Part shown: positions 10,983 to 24,539 of the stretch, in pieces | How the letters are laid out: every line of letters begins with the position of its first letter | Position numbering within the stretch: position 1 is the first letter of the stretch | NCBI GenBank assembly: GCA_030704615.1 | Contig: CM060732.1 | Span: 30,442,001 to 30,506,000 of the forward strand | DNA: 64,000 nt | DNA from: Takakia lepidozioides | Lineage: Eukaryota; Plantae; Bryophyta | Reading direction: 5' to 3' | Position numbers and translations under genes: made by a program | Notes under the pieces: generated by a model | Databases searched by the model: none | Seen by the model: only the letters and a program-made list of their open reading frames with translations | Told to the model about the DNA's origin: nothing

Positions 10983-13900
10983 ATGCCAAGGAGTGCGAGG
11001 CTTGCGGTGTTGCTGGTGCTGGCATTGTGCCTGGAACATGGAGCAGGGCAGGCCAATGTATCAACCTACACACTTGGATTCATGTCGCCATCAGCAGACT
11101 CCTCCATCCCTGCCAGCCTCGCCACCGCATGGTGAGAGATCTGTCCTGGAAAACCTGAAACTCTTCTTGCTCAATTTGTACCTGATGATAGAAACTGGCG
11201 TTTCATAGAGTTGAACAGGCAACCAAGAGGACGAAAATGACGAAGTGAAACTTGAGTGCAAGAATCGGTGATGACTTTTGTAAGTCACTGCTTTGAAGAG
11301 GTGAATAGTGGACTGTATTCTGATGTTGTAAGTGGTGTTCTTTCCTAGAGTGTTGTGCCAAAAAAAGATGATGATCATGCGCAGCAGGACTCGATACTCC
11401 GAAGCAAATTCGAGAGACATCCATATTCTCCCTCTCCTCCCTCCCTACTTTCCTTTTTTGATACGTTTTGACGTGGTATTCATGACTTCAAGGGTACTTA
11501 CCTTAAGCACAGATACCATTTGATTGGGAATCGGATTTCATGAGAATGGCAGTGGAAGATTGTGCTCCCTTGAGTGGCAGGTCTCCGTCATAGGAGTGTG
11601 AACTGTATTTGCATTTTTTGGTACCTTGCCAATTGGCATCTTTAACAATCTCTTGCATTTAATTCAAAGTCAACAGGAAAATCGTCATTAAGGCAGTATC
11701 ATATGGAAGCCATATACTGCTAGAAATCTTCTGATCAAGTATCCCGCTCTGGCTTTTCCTGCTTTGTTGTGGGGCTGCGAAAATCTGTATTTTTTCCGCC
11801 GGGATTGCCTGACTCACAATCCCGACCAAAGGCTGTAATAGATATATCAAGCCGGTTTCATTACCCTCACAACTTGGGGTTGAACATCCACGTCCCGTAA
11901 TGGATTATGAAAAATCATGTATAGAAAAGAGAGAGCAAAAGAATCAAAATTTTTGGTCTAGCTTTTTTATTTATCCTTCGTAATACTAACGACGGAAATT
12001 CCCGTCGTACCTCCGGCTTTCGAAGATTCGAGTGCTTGGGGGGCGCTTTTTTGTCTAAAGCCCGAATCTCTTGTTTCCAAGCTTCAGCCCCCCCACCGTA
12101 TTTAACAACAAGTACCAGGTACGAAAATCTAGAAAAAGATTCTATGTTCGGTGGTCAGTATATGCCAATAATAACTCCAGCCTTGGCATTGACATGTTCA
12201 TAATCCATATATGTGGGACCTGGGTTACTTAAAACTAAATTTTGACCTTACGGGTATCATAATTATGTGAGGAGCTGGTCACGTGGCTTTTTCTCTCCAA
12301 AGTTTGCAATCTGAAAGCCTCGGTTTTTAAGTAAACATGGAATTATATCCACCAAAGGTGTGTAAAGGTTTTCTGAAGTGTCTGTTCTAATCCTAGGCCT
12401 CCTTGCTACAGTCAGTTACTTTCTTCCACACTGTCTCTCAGACAAGCTAAACGGCGGAGACTACCCACCTTTTATTCAGTTTCTAACAGCTTTTCTCCCT
12501 CACATCATGGAGTATGGTTGGTTGATGAATTTTGCATTGCATGTGGGAATGGTGTCAGGCAATCAGCTTTTCGGGTGGCTCTGGAGGTACTGAACTCTGA
12601 GGGCCGCACCTACAGACTTGAAGGTCTATCAAAAGAAAGCGAATGTGATTGGCAAGCTGCCCAAAGAGGGGCAGAGGCCATGGTGGCCACAGGTGTGGAG
12701 CCCCCGCTGATTGGTGCTGTTGGGCCAGCCTGCAGTGGGGCAGCCATGGCATGTGCACGAGTTTTCAGGGAACATAATATCCCTCTTGTTTCATTTGCTG
12801 CAACAGCGGAGCCCCTCTCTGCCAGAGCTTACTTCCCCACATTTTTCCGCACTGTGTAAGTCCACAGTGTCTATATGTGGATGTACATAACCATGATCAT
12901 TTAAGTTCCATCCTCTCAATTGTAGTTTTGAAGTGTTCCGCATTGGTAATTGCACTAGCTGAAGTTGAACAAGTGCTGGCGCATGCTGAGAACCCGGGGT
13001 CTAGGTCGTCTTGAGAAAGAGAAATAGGAGGAGGAGGAAAAGGCAGATGAGGCAGCAAAGGTCTGAGGTTCCTGTCTTTTGGCAGCCTTTTTTCAGGAGT
13101 GTTCCTTATCTGCAATATCTGGATTGAGTGGCATCACATACCTTCTTGTTTGGGGCTCTCTTGCAGGTATAGTGATACTCTTCAGGCAGCAGCTGTAGCA
13201 GCCAGTGTAGGTGCTCGACACACGTCCCTTCCCTGTGAAATTTTCCTTGTTGGATGTCAGCTGTAGATATTGGCCCTTATTCCTCTGCAATCCTAGTCAT
13301 ACATGAACGTGGTCGAGGCATGTGACATATGCCTAGTCTCTGTCCTGTCCACATCTGCTGCAATCCCTTGGTCATACAGTCAATGATTTAAAGCAAAAGA
13401 CAGGACTACAGTAAATTGGCGGGGATATTTCAAACCCTTCAATCTTTGAACTTGTTGCAGATTGCGAAGCTGAACATGACTAAAGTCACAATGCTATCCA
13501 CAAAGGATTATTACAGCGAAAACTTGGCCCAAGACATCAATGCGGTTTGCTCATTTCCCTTCCTTCTATATGCAGTATGTGAACAACCACCCTAATTCAG
13601 ATTATAGCACTTGTTTTCATTCTCTCTCCACCATAAGACTAGGCTATACAGGTATGCAACACACATTCCACGATTGCAAAATGTACATATGCCATCTCTG
13701 ATGATCTTGACTTGTCTGGTGCGTATGATTGGAGTCATCGGATTGCCAAAGTACTCGAGAATTGGTTAAAATCTGATGTCAGCGGAGCCCATTGGGTGCA
13801 TTTGAGAATTGTCTCCACTTGGATGCCACATGAAAAGACAAAGGGCAAGCCTACAATCTGTGGGCTCTTTATGGTGGTCCTACTATCTTTAACTGTGGCT

Positions 13901-16900
13901 GTCACTTGATAAGTGCACTACCATGTTGCTATGGCAAACATTTATCTTTGTCTGAGATCATTGACGTTTCGGGCCTTCTGGATATCCAATGTAACAGTTG
14001 ATGGTAATGTTGGATGTGCAGACAGTGGGTGGATCAATTGACATACGGTCAGTGTTGCTAGAGTTTGGGGTAAACACAACAATTGACACTGTCCAGCTTG
14101 GCAATGTCCTTGACAAGGTCGAGACTGATGAATTTGTGATCATGGCTGTGCTACCTCTTCAAGCCCGTGACATCTGGCAGGCGGCCTTTCGCATGGTAAT
14201 AGCACAAGTAATATCACCGCTGCTAGCTCTTCCAGCAGTCTGTCACCCACATGTCCTTGCCAGGGAAAAAAAAAAATACTGGCCACAGACAGAAACCTCG
14301 ATGTCTCCTTGACCAGCTGGTTCTGTGAGAAAGTGGCAATAATGGTCATCTACTCTAAAGTGAACCTGTGTTTGAGGTGAGGAGTCCTCCCACAAGAAAG
14401 GTAGGGCCACCTACTGTATGGGTACAGTAGTATATCGACTTGCCTATCTGTGTAATCTAGAAAGCAATGTTGATCAATGGGGCAGAGACAACGGGATGTA
14501 ACCAATTCAATTTGCACCACACAGGTTGAAGTCAAGAAGGTGGAATGGTCCACTGAGACATGAAGAAGCCTAGTGCCAAATTGGTTTAGGAGGCAAGACA
14601 ATGAAGCATGGACTGCACCAGAGGATCTTGCATGCGGCAGAGTTGGTGAAGTAGGGGTATCTCTCCTTGGGAGGTTTTTGGAGGTTGTCATTCTTAAATA
14701 TTTCAGTCTTCCTTGTGCAGAGAAAGACTGAATTTCCTAATTGGTACTTCGGCACTGATGGAGCAACTGCGTTTGATCCTGCTGATGAAAACTCAACAGG
14801 TAACAGGCCTGCCTGGTTGATTTTACTCTCTTTGCTTGCATGACAGTTGCTCCTATTGGGTTACAACTCATAGCAACGGTTTGTCTGTGTTGGGTGCAAT
14901 CTTCATGAGATCCTTTGGGAGGTGTATTATAGTATCTCGCAGGAACTTCCCTTGAGCTATGTCATAGTCAACATGATCAAATGACATCTTTCTCTCAACT
15001 TTCTGCTGAAATGTGCCTGATGATTATTCAGCAGACCCTGAGCTGGTGAATACACTGGTGGGAGAGATTGGGCTATCCCCCTTCAGTAAGTGACATTCTT
15101 ACCCTCCAGTTTGTCACTGAGGGATCCTGTTGCACTCCTGCTTTTTAAGCCATTGTGCAAACTGCATGTTTGCAGAGGGTGAGAAGTGAAAGAAGAAAAC
15201 AAGAAAAGACAAGACATACCTGTTGACAGATCCCTGTGAACATTGGAGATAACATACCCTTATGGGCAGCGTCATGACACAAGTCCTCGAGTAGCCAGTT
15301 GTGCAGTTTCTGCCCACAGGGGTCTATGTCTGAGATCAACACGGGTCTTGCACACATGAATGATAATCAGGTTCCACTTAATTAGGGCATATGAGCCTGT
15401 TAGACATAATGCTAGGGAAGACCATGCTTTGCCCCTCAATCAGCCACAGATATGGCACTGCCTGGCACTCTTACGTCTACAACAGGTAGAAATAATATTT
15501 TCTAAAATTCGCAGGAAGCTCAAAAGAGGGGCCCTTCACAAGCAGCCCAAAAACAAATATTGCTCGAGGGATTGTCTAAGAGCCATGCCTCATGCAGATA
15601 TGCAGCTAAGCATTTCTGATCCTCATATGGAAGACATCTGTGAGAGATCATAGTAGGAAGGACAGTGAAATGTTCTTCACTTTGGATTTCCCTCCTGTTG
15701 TCCCTGACGCAAGTGGGGAACAGGTGGTCCTCACACTGCAGGAAAGAAAGGAAGAAATGGCCTTTATAGAAAGACGTAATCTACTACTTGAAACAAATAC
15801 AGTTATAACAGCTGCACATGTAGTTTTTGACAGCAAACTTGTTACGTAATGTACTCTTGAAGGCATAGCTCTGTGGGCTTCCGATTACAGGGAGCTGCTT
15901 TTGGTTTAACGCAGCAGGCTCTGAAACTTGGCCTGACATTGTGATAGTGCTCACACACAGCTAAGATTAATTTGCTGAAAGGGAAGTTTTAGAGAGACCA
16001 TCAAGCCCTCAAGTTGTACTCAGGGCATCCTTCCATGGCTCAGTTCTATCTTCTCCTTTTATCAGTTGTTTGTCATGGCAGTAAATGGATGTATTTCATC
16101 CCAATGGTGCAGGTGGTGACTTCTCAGCCAACTCCCCCTGTTCCAAATTCTACTCCTACTGGCAGAAGGCTAATTACCCTGGGTTTCCATCAGAAGGGCA
16201 AAACAAGACGCGTTCATATGTGCCGCATCTATTTGATGCAGTAACAACATATTTTGAGATCATTGACAACCTTATCAAGAACAGCATGGAAATCAACTCT
16301 GAGAACGTGTTGCTGGCACTCAACGGGTCAGGACCTGGGAATCTGAATTTCCTTGGATGTACTGGAATGGTTGCATTCGACCAAGAGACTGGTAGTCGGA
16401 GTACTGTGGCACAAGTCCCTACTTTTGACTTTGTTTCTCTCACTCCAAGCTATTGGGAGGTGCGTTTTTGGCAAATCAGGTCCTTATAAATTACTGAAGT
16501 TCAATCTGTTTTTCCAGGAAAAATATGCACTGGGTTTAATGCTTCCATATGTCAGCCGGCTAGCAATGGCAAGTGAAGTGTACAGATGGCTAATTAACTT
16601 GGAGGTAGGACTGCTTCCCTGAATATTCTGTTGGTCATATGTGGCCATACTTATTTGATGTTTAAATCTGCATAAGCCTATGGTGGGAACCTACCTTCTG
16701 CAGTGAGTCGATCCAGCTGCAAGTATCATAGAGATCTTTATAATCACCCAGGGTGCCCCGAGTCCCACTTGTGGCTACATCCCTCAAGGTGGCAAGACTA
16801 AGCAAGTGCACAGCAAGTGGTGTTTGATCATTTTGGAATTTTCCCGTCCTTGGAAGAGGCCCTCAGCTATATGGAACCACAATGTTTGTGTCTCTATGCA

Positions 16901-17765
16901 TGAAGAATCATTCAGGGCTTTGGATGTGTTTTGGTTCTCTTGTTTCCCATGGGGCTTTTGTGGAGGTGACGAAGTTCTTTCTTCATTTGTTCTCCCTGGG
17001 TGGAGCTGCAGATCAAAGGCCAGATACAAAATGGAACCTTTCTGAACCTACAACCATTGTCGAGGCCAGGTGGTCAATTCTCACCGGATTCGGTACTACC
17101 AACATTTCCTGTTGTTCCTTGCTTCTTGAAGCTAAATGTGCATGCCTATCTCTAGAGTGATCATTGTAGACAATGCTTGTGATTCTGAGATTTTCTTAAT
17201 CGTTTTTTCACAGAAAGAATGAGATCTATGTATTTATCAATCATTTCCTGAGGTGCTGTCATGCAGTGAAGGTAGAGGTTCACTTGGGAGCTGAAGTTGC
17301 TATGAAACCAGCAGTCATAAAGTCAATTTGAGCTCTGCTAATATGTGGCTCTAGCTGCAAGCAGATGGCCGTCTATTTGATGGCCTTCTAAGGGATCATA
17401 CCAAATTTTCCCACCCCAACACCTTTGAACCCAACACTTGAACCCGTACTACTAACTTGCTAGAGTCAACCTGCCCAGTCATTCTCACCTCTGATTGACA
17501 GCATATTGTAATGTATTTTTCAGCTCCTGTGTCATGTGAATTAATATATTCTAAACATGTTCTCAATCCAATTGCTGTTATTTGGCAGACTTACATCGGA
17601 CCCAATCCCAACGGCACCCCACGGAAAGGGAAAGCTGGCGTAGTAGTTGGGACTCTTTTTGGAGTTATTGTAGTGCTGGCTCTGGTGGGAGGTGCTGCGA
17701 TCTTTTATCTGCACAAGAGGAAACGATTCTCCAAATCAGCACCATTTGTCAGGATATTTCATTGA
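10983..17765 (+). CDS. Single-pass membrane protein with extracellular Venus-flytrap / periplasmic-binding type 1 (ANF_receptor-like) domain, ~492 aa
   Basis: Ten GT-AG exons (10983-11131, 12559-12855, 13167-13206, 13461-13544, 14022-14195, 14721-14799, 15035-15085, 16113-16459, 17012-17092, 17589-17765) sum to 1479 nt in frame. Signal peptide LAVLLVLALCL; VFT motifs IGAVGPACSGAA, IPLVSFAATAEPLS..YFPTFFRTVYSD, FDAV, FLGCTGMVAFD; TM VVVGTLFGVIVVLALVGGAAIFYL followed by HKRKR. Confidence 0.85.
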
Positions 17766-18389
17766 GCCAAGTAGGATGCATAGTGGTTGGTTTGCCTTGT
17801 GGATCAGCAGAAACTTGCATCGACTCAATCACAGTGGCAAACTGGCCCAACCCAATCATCCCTTTGCATTCAACCTCTGATCCTCATACAATATTGTGAT
17901 TCTTCATAATATATAATAATATATAATATAAAATGCAGTTCCTGTGAACTGCATTTTCTCCCACAGGATATTCAATGACATCTGTGCTTCGATCTTCTAC
18001 CGGACAATCTACGAAATTCTCACATGGACATTTAGAAATTTCGGTCGAATAGTCTCTATTTCCTGTATGTGTCCATCTCCCGATTTTCTGTATTTCTCCA
18101 TCCCTCCAATTTAAGACCCTCACTGGACTGTCGTGGCAAATGCTCACATTCATCTGTCATTTCATGTATTCATCCACATACCCATATTCATCCATCCATC
18201 TGTTTTTTTCTTTAGCTCATCCAACCTCCGCTGTATAGTGGAGGTTCTAGAATTGGACTCCTTGACATTACATGCTTTCGGACTAAGCAAAACTCCATTT
18301 CCTAGGAAATAGTTAGTTTTGATATATTGACATTTGGGATTGACCCAAATATCAATTCAGGGGCCAATATATGTTTGGGCACCTGGCGT

Positions 18390-18612
18390 TGTTATCTTCA
18401 CGACAGACCGCGGTGGGCTCATCTTTCTCAAGTTGAGCCTCACCGCGTCTAGCTATAACGCCGTAGTGTGGATTCCCCAAGGCGTGGGTGGCACTTGGCT
18501 CGACTTAATATATGAGTGATGTTTTCATATGCAAGTGACAGACTCGAGTTGATCTTTATCGAGTGATAAGGAAAGAAATGATACAAGCACACAAACACTA
18601 AGCTCTCTCAAA
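18390..18612 (-). repeat. Possible LTR remnant adjoining the inverted DNMT fragment
   Basis: Non-coding; ends ...GATAACA on the minus strand like an LTR terminus; no partner copy in the window. Confidence 0.25.
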
Positions 18613-18614
18613 CT

Positions 18615-19267
18615 CCAAATCATGCGCCCCCAGCAACGAAATGTCTGCTAGCAAGGCCTGCTGATATCCACGAACCGCAGACACCGGCAACAACGCAGGG
18701 TACTGCTGCACCAACTGAGCAACATGGTGTAGGGAGACGCGTCGTGCAGTCTGATCCCTCTCCACATAGAGGTAATGCCAAACTCGTACACCTGTCTATA
18801 GAACAACAACCAATGCGGTGCTGATCCCGCCAAACAAGTCCAAAAGGCAAATGTCTTCATCCGGATACTGCCACACAATCGGTATGGTATCCAATGGTGA
18901 CAACTGAGGTGGACCTGGTGCAATCCCCGCAATCCTCTCGACGGTACAAACGCCTCTTCCCAGGCTTGTTGCACCCGTCGATCAGCAACCCGCTGCAAAT
19001 CCTTGCTCGAGCCCCACAATAGAGTGTGAGTAACCATGGCAGGCAACTCCGCCATACCATGCATGTCATCATGCTCTTCCGGAGGTGACACATCCTCTGA
19101 ATGAGTCATCCAACAACTCTCCAGGCCAAGTCACTGCAGCTATGAATGCTGCCAGTGTCGGCATCTTGCCTCGTTGGGCAACCGCAACTCCCCCTATGAA
19201 CGTCACAGGGAGCTGCACACGCCGGGCCTCCCCTGACTGCCATCCAGTCCTATAGGAAGCTGACTCC
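18615..19267 (-). pseudogene. Diverged inverted fragment of the Gypsy protease-tail to DNMT region (methyltransferase motifs I-III)
   Basis: Minus-strand translation ESASYRTGWQSGEARRVQLPVTFIGG...PPQLSPLDTIPIVWQYPDEDICLLDLFGGISTALV...YLYVERDQTARRVS...ADISLLGAHDL aligns with the plus-strand 20955-21620 peptide. Confidence 0.85.
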
Positions 19268-19515
19268 TATAGGTGTGGTATCACGGGGCAACCCGTGGCC
19301 AACGAGCGCCTAGGGCGGGCCGTAAGGAGTCGTGGCGGTTAGAGCCACGGAAGGCCGCGAACAGGCAGAGTGAAAAAATAAAATAAAATAAAATTCACTC
19401 GTTTCGTGGGACCTTGATGGGGAGGCTGGGCTCTAAAGAACAATGGTTTTGAGCTAGCTGATCCGGCAGAAAAGCAACTACGACGTCCACCCAAACTACT
19501 GTTGCACCAGCACCA

Positions 19516-20190
19516 GTGGCGGTGCCTGCCTTCAACCCTGTTGTGGAGTTCTTCGAAGAGTTGAGAAGGAACTACCAAGGGATAAGGCTAGAGAAGTTGA
19601 GGAGTTTGCAAGAGTTCCAGAGGAAGCCTACTGAGAGTTTGAGGGAGGCTTTCACTCGCATGAGGCGCTTGATTAATGTAACCCAAGGGGTTACGGAAGC
19701 TCAGGCAGTCCAATTCTGGTACGGAATATTGGACAAGGAGCTGAGGAGAAGGGTGCGGGATGCAACTCTCCTACAAGCGGCCCAACCCACCTTAGCAAAT
19801 GTGTTTTTACTGGCAGAGCGGATAGAGCTCAACATGGTGGAGGAACAAGTGGTCATGGTGGGATTTGCTAAGGAGGCACCACGGGGTAGTGGTACTCCTA
19901 GCCAGCCACTACCTCTACGTGCTCAAGGCAACAAGGGGGCTCAGGTGAAGCCCAGGGAAGGGCAGAGAGGACCTTAGATGCAGGGGTCTCTCCCTTCATT
20001 TGCAAGCCAACAACGGGCGGATGTGGTGTGCTGGACATGTGGAGGACCCCATGTCAAGAAGGATTGCCCAGAAGGAGGCAATGGTTTGGCACCGGCACAG
20101 CCTACACAGTTGCAGTGTAGGCATTGTGGCAAGTACGGGCATGGAGAGGCCCAGTGCTATGGTTTGCATCCTGAGCTGTGCCCAGGCTAG
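19516..20190 (+). pseudogene. gag: Gypsy gag with two zinc-knuckle-like motifs
   Basis: LRSLQEFQRKPTESLREAFTRMRRL (gag MHR-like), CWTCGGPHVKKDC, CRHCGKYGHGEAQC; in-frame stop at 19975-19977. Confidence 0.85.
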
Positions 20191-21380
20191 TTCCAATGGA
20201 ACAATGGTGGCCGGGTGCGAGGTGGAGCAGCCCAGAGAGGACGAGGTGGCCAGGCACGAGGTGCAGGCCAAGGGCAAGCTCAACATGGCCAAGGACGCGG
20301 AGGTCAGGGTGTTGACCAAGGCATGGCCGACCGGCTTCAGCAGCTAGAGCAGAGGCTCGCTGCCATGGCCACAGCTCAGGTGATACCGGCTCCAAGGCCG
20401 GATGGTCCACCTACTGCTCCTGAGGGAGGAGACTTGGGAGGCATGGGATTCATGTGTCGGGCAGCACTACCACTACCACTATGGGTGGGGCACCACTACC
20501 ATTGGTGAGGGGTGCCACTACCACTACCACTGTGGGTGGGGCACCAGCATGAGTTCCTGAGCCACAGGGTGCGGAGGTGGAGTTGGATCCAAAGCGTGGG
20601 GAGGCAAGCCGTTAGGCCAGGCTTCCTCAGTCATTCACATTGGCAAAGACAGAATTGACGCCGTCCATGGCACCTAGTTCTCGCCCGACTGTTACCGAGG
20701 CGGAGGTTACTATGCCATTGGGGAGAGCTACACGGGCAGCACCACTACCTAGTGTTGCCAAGGCTACAGCAGCTAGTATGCTGCTAGGGGCGGCCACATC
20801 TGTGTGTCAGGCTCCATTGTTCTCGGCTACCATGATTACGAAGCCGGGGGTAAGACCAGCTGAGATGTTCAGGCTGACAACTACACTCTGAGAGAGTGGG
20901 AAGTTACTTCATCTTCAGTTATACCCGATGGGCTTTATTTTGGACTTTTGGGAGGAAACGGCATCCTACAGGCCGGAATGGCAGTCAGGGGATGGTCGGC
21001 GTGCACTGCTCCCAGTGCGGTTTATTGGGAATGTAGCGGTGGATCATAGGAACATGATGCCCACATTGGCTGCATTCTCAGGGGTGGTGGCTTGGGGTGG
21101 TGAGCTCTTGGAGGGCAATAGCCATGCAAATGATAGGCCACCACCTAATGAGGACAAACAATTGGCATACAAGGCTGATTTGCTTCCTCATGTGTCTGTT
21201 CATATTCCACTGTGGGGTACAGTTAGGAATTTGCATCGAGTAGCAGGCGAGTGTGTGCACCAAGCATGGCAGGAGGCATATCCATTGGTGAGTAAGGGGA
21301 GTTCAGTGATATCACCTGGACTTCCTCAGTTAGCTCCTTTGGATACAGTGCCCATTACCTGGCAACCACCTGATTCAGGG

Positions 21381-22330
21381 ATTTGTTTGCTAGACTTGTT
21401 TGGAGGCATGAGCACTGGGCTTGTAGGAGTGTTGCAAGCTGGGATCAAAGTACGCAAGTACTTGTATATGGAGAAGGATGAGATAGCTCGGCGTATTTCT
21501 ATGCGCCACGTTGCCTTGTTCACACACCGGTACCCTGAGTTGTTGCCTCTCTCAGCAATTCAAGGGTATCAAAAGGCCTTGCCAGCAGACATTACCTTGC
21601 TGGGGGCGGATGATTTGGACCGGCATGGTGCCATTGACTTGGTGATAGCTGGATGGCCTTGCCAAGGACACTCTCCCGCAGGTCATAGGAACGGCTTGCA
21701 TGATGCATGATCGCATTTGTTTTGGAAGATGTTGAGAGTGTTGCGTAACTTGCAGACGAGGCAAGTGCAACCTCTAGCCTATATCTTGGAGAATGTTCCT
21801 CTTATGGGGGACTCTCGGGCCACGGTTATGGCTAGTGTGCATCAGGTGCGGTCTTGGATTGGATCGGCGGTGCTATTGGATGCAGCAGCGATGGGATCAC
21901 GACCGCATCGACCTCGATTGTGGTGGACCAATCTTGCACCACCAGAGCTGCTCAAGAGAGCATACGATTCCATTCAACGGCCACCCAATCTCACAGTTGA
22001 GGGCTTTTTGGACCAAGGGAGGCAACAACAGAGGGTGTGACATGATGACCGTCCACCTTTAGCAGTGGTAAATCGAGTGGGGCAGCCACGTGCGGCCTTG
22101 CCTATGCTCATGAGCTTTCCCTCGTCTCATGTTTTTCAAGACAATGGTCTTGGGTTGATTTGGGACAGTGTGCTACAGCAATTGGTAGAGCCCAATGCAG
22201 ATGAGCGAGAGCGGGCAATGGGATTTGCCACGGGCACTACAGCTGTGCCAGCTCTGTCAAAGGCATCACGCCGACATGTGTTGGGTCAAGCAATGGATCG
22301 AAATTGCTTGACATGGGTTATTGGCTTGTG
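21381..22330 (+). pseudogene. C5 cytosine DNA methyltransferase domain (DNMT3-like) inside the Gypsy pol
   Basis: One reading frame broken only by TGA at 21708 and 22038. Motif I LLDLFGGMSTG, II YMEKD, III ADITLL, IV DLVIAGWPCQGHS (PC 21657-21662), VI YILENVP (21789-21797), VIII DAAAMGSRPHRPRLWWTNL, IX ERERAMGF..GTT, X RRHVLGQAM. Confidence 0.92.
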
Positions 22331-22799
22331 CATGGCTGAGCAACGGAGGTTGCAAACAGTGGTGGCTACTTCTGCACTCCCATTTGGTATTGTATCCCCT
22401 CTGCCAACCGAGACAGTTAAGGCAGTGAATAGGGGCAAGCACAGGATCATGGGGTGCAAACACCCATGGCAAATGTGGGATGAGATGCGGAAAGAGAGAG
22501 TCTTTGGATCTCTCAAGCAGCAATATGAGGAGTAAGAAGAGCCATACACTGAGGATCAATTGGAGGCCAAGGTGGCCAATGTTTTTGAAGAGGTTGAGAA
22601 TGTTTCTTTCCCAGAGGATGTTCTCAAGGTGGTTATGGCAGAGCAAGTGGAGGCTACGCCACAGTCAGATTGGGCGGACAAGGCCCAAGAGGTTGCTATC
22701 TAGCAACCAAAAGATTCGTCTCCTACCTCCAAGCCTGATGTACCCAAGGTTACCGTCACTGAGGACAATTGGGAAAGTCACCGGAGGAGAGAGACGGAG

Positions 22800-24180
22800 G
22801 GTCCAGCAATTTCGAAGGGCTTATAGAAATTGCTTTGCTTTCGGTTTGAAGGATTTGGGGAGTTTGAAGGGTCAAGAGATTCGTATTGATTTGGCAAGTG
22901 ACACCCCAATCTTTCGAAGGCCCTACCGGTATAGTGACATGGAGAGGTCATTGAGAGTTGTTCGAAGCTGGATTGGTGGAGTTGTCAAGCGGGGAGTATG
23001 CCTCGGCAATGGTGATGCCAGCTAAGAAGGATATCTATGGCAATTGGACAGAAAGAAGGATGTGTGGGGACTATCGTCCTATGAACCGTCAGACTAAGTC
23101 CGATAGATATGCCATGCCAACTCTAGAGGAAATTTTTGATGCCATTGGGCATGCAAAGGTGTTAAGCACATTGGACTTGCGATCCGGTTACCACCATCTG
23201 CCAATCAAAGAGGCTGACAAGCAAAAGACGACATTCTGGGGGATTCATCAACATGGGAAGGATTGCTTGTACCAATGGCGGTTCCTACCGTTTGGGTTGA
23301 AGAATGCTCCCGCAGAATTTCAGAGGGTCATGGAAATGATTCTTGTAGAGCTAGACTTCACCCGATGCTACATTGATGACATCATCATCTTTAGTGCTAC
23401 GATTGAAGAGCACAAGAGACACCTTCAGATGGTGTTTGAGCGCTTGAGAGCGCATGGGTTGAAATTGCACCCTGGGAAGTGCAAGTTCTTCCACAACCAG
23501 ATTGAGTATCTGGGCCACATGATATATCCTGGAGGACTGGGTGTTCAAAAGACGAAGGTGGAGGCCATTGCACGCATTCCACGCCCCATCGATGTTAGCA
23601 GGGTTCGTGCTTTCATGGGGTTGGCAAACTACTATCGACGGTTTGTCAAGGGATTTAGCAGCATTGCAAAGGCTCTTACCAAGTTGACCAAGGTGGGTCA
23701 GGAGTGCCCCGGAAGGAGGAGCAGGAGGAAGTCTTTGAGGAACTCAAGGCTCGATTGACTTCTGCACCTATTCTGAGGCGGCCTATTCGGGGGCGGTCTT
23801 TCCAGCTACATATGGATTGGAGTATGCTGGGAATTGGAGCAGTGCTCACACAGGTGGATGACGAGGGAAGAGAGTTCGTAGTGGCATATGTCAGCCACTT
23901 GAACAATGATGCCGAGGCGAAGTATAGCTCATATGAAGGGGAGTGTCTAGCTGCGGTATGGGCAGTGGCACATTTCAGATGCTACATCTATGGCAACCTC
24001 TTCACCCTTGTCACGGATCACCAACCATTGAAGTGGTTGATGGAGTCAGACAAGCTTACAGGGAAGCTTGCACGGTGGACACTTATGCTTCAAGAGTACG
24101 ACTTCCAGGTGGTGCATCGAGCCGGTATAGTCAACCAAGATGCGGATGGATTGAGTCGCAATCCATGCACAAGTGAGCTT
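22800..24180 (+). pseudogene. pol: Gypsy reverse transcriptase and RNase H (frameshifted)
   Basis: PIFRRPYRYS, RMCGDYRPMN, LDLRSGYHH, LPFGLKNAPAEFQR, YIDD, FMGLANYYRRFV; RH DWSMLGIGAVL, YEGECLA, LVTDHQPL, ADGLSR. Confidence 0.95.
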
Positions 24181-24539
24181 GATGATACAAGAGCTCGTTG
24201 GCATGGTGAGACGGACAAGGAGATGGTGCCAGGATGGCACGCATCTGCCTTTTTATGCATTCTAGCAATGGGAGCTCAAGCTGGTCCATCCCATGTGATT
24301 GGTCATAGAGATAGTGTGCATGACGATCCAGAGATCAGTGAGGAGCTTGGTGGTGCTAAGGATGTACATGAAGATGTAGTAGTGTTGGCCTACCTTCGTA
24401 CTAGAGAGACAACAGCCAGTGTGATTGCTAAGGAGAGAGATCGGATCCTACAACGAGCCAAAAGGTTCAAGTGGGAGGGGACTCACCTACTCCGAGTATG
24501 GGAGGATGGACGAGTGAGGATTGTGCCTCATCCAACACA

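Noticed and set aside
10983-17765. Glutamate receptor-like (GLR) channel or class C GPCR
   Set aside because: No S1/S2 ligand-binding domain, pore (SYTA.L) or 7TM region follows the VFT; a single TM leads to a stop.
18390-19500. 5' LTR of the DNMT Gypsy
   Set aside because: No match to the sequence starting TGTGGCATAG at 26056; the region is mostly an inverted internal fragment.
21381-22330. Host DNMT3/DRM gene
   Set aside because: Intronless, embedded between gag and RT, collinear with pol, and a second TE-linked copy lies nearby; host genes in this window are intron-rich.
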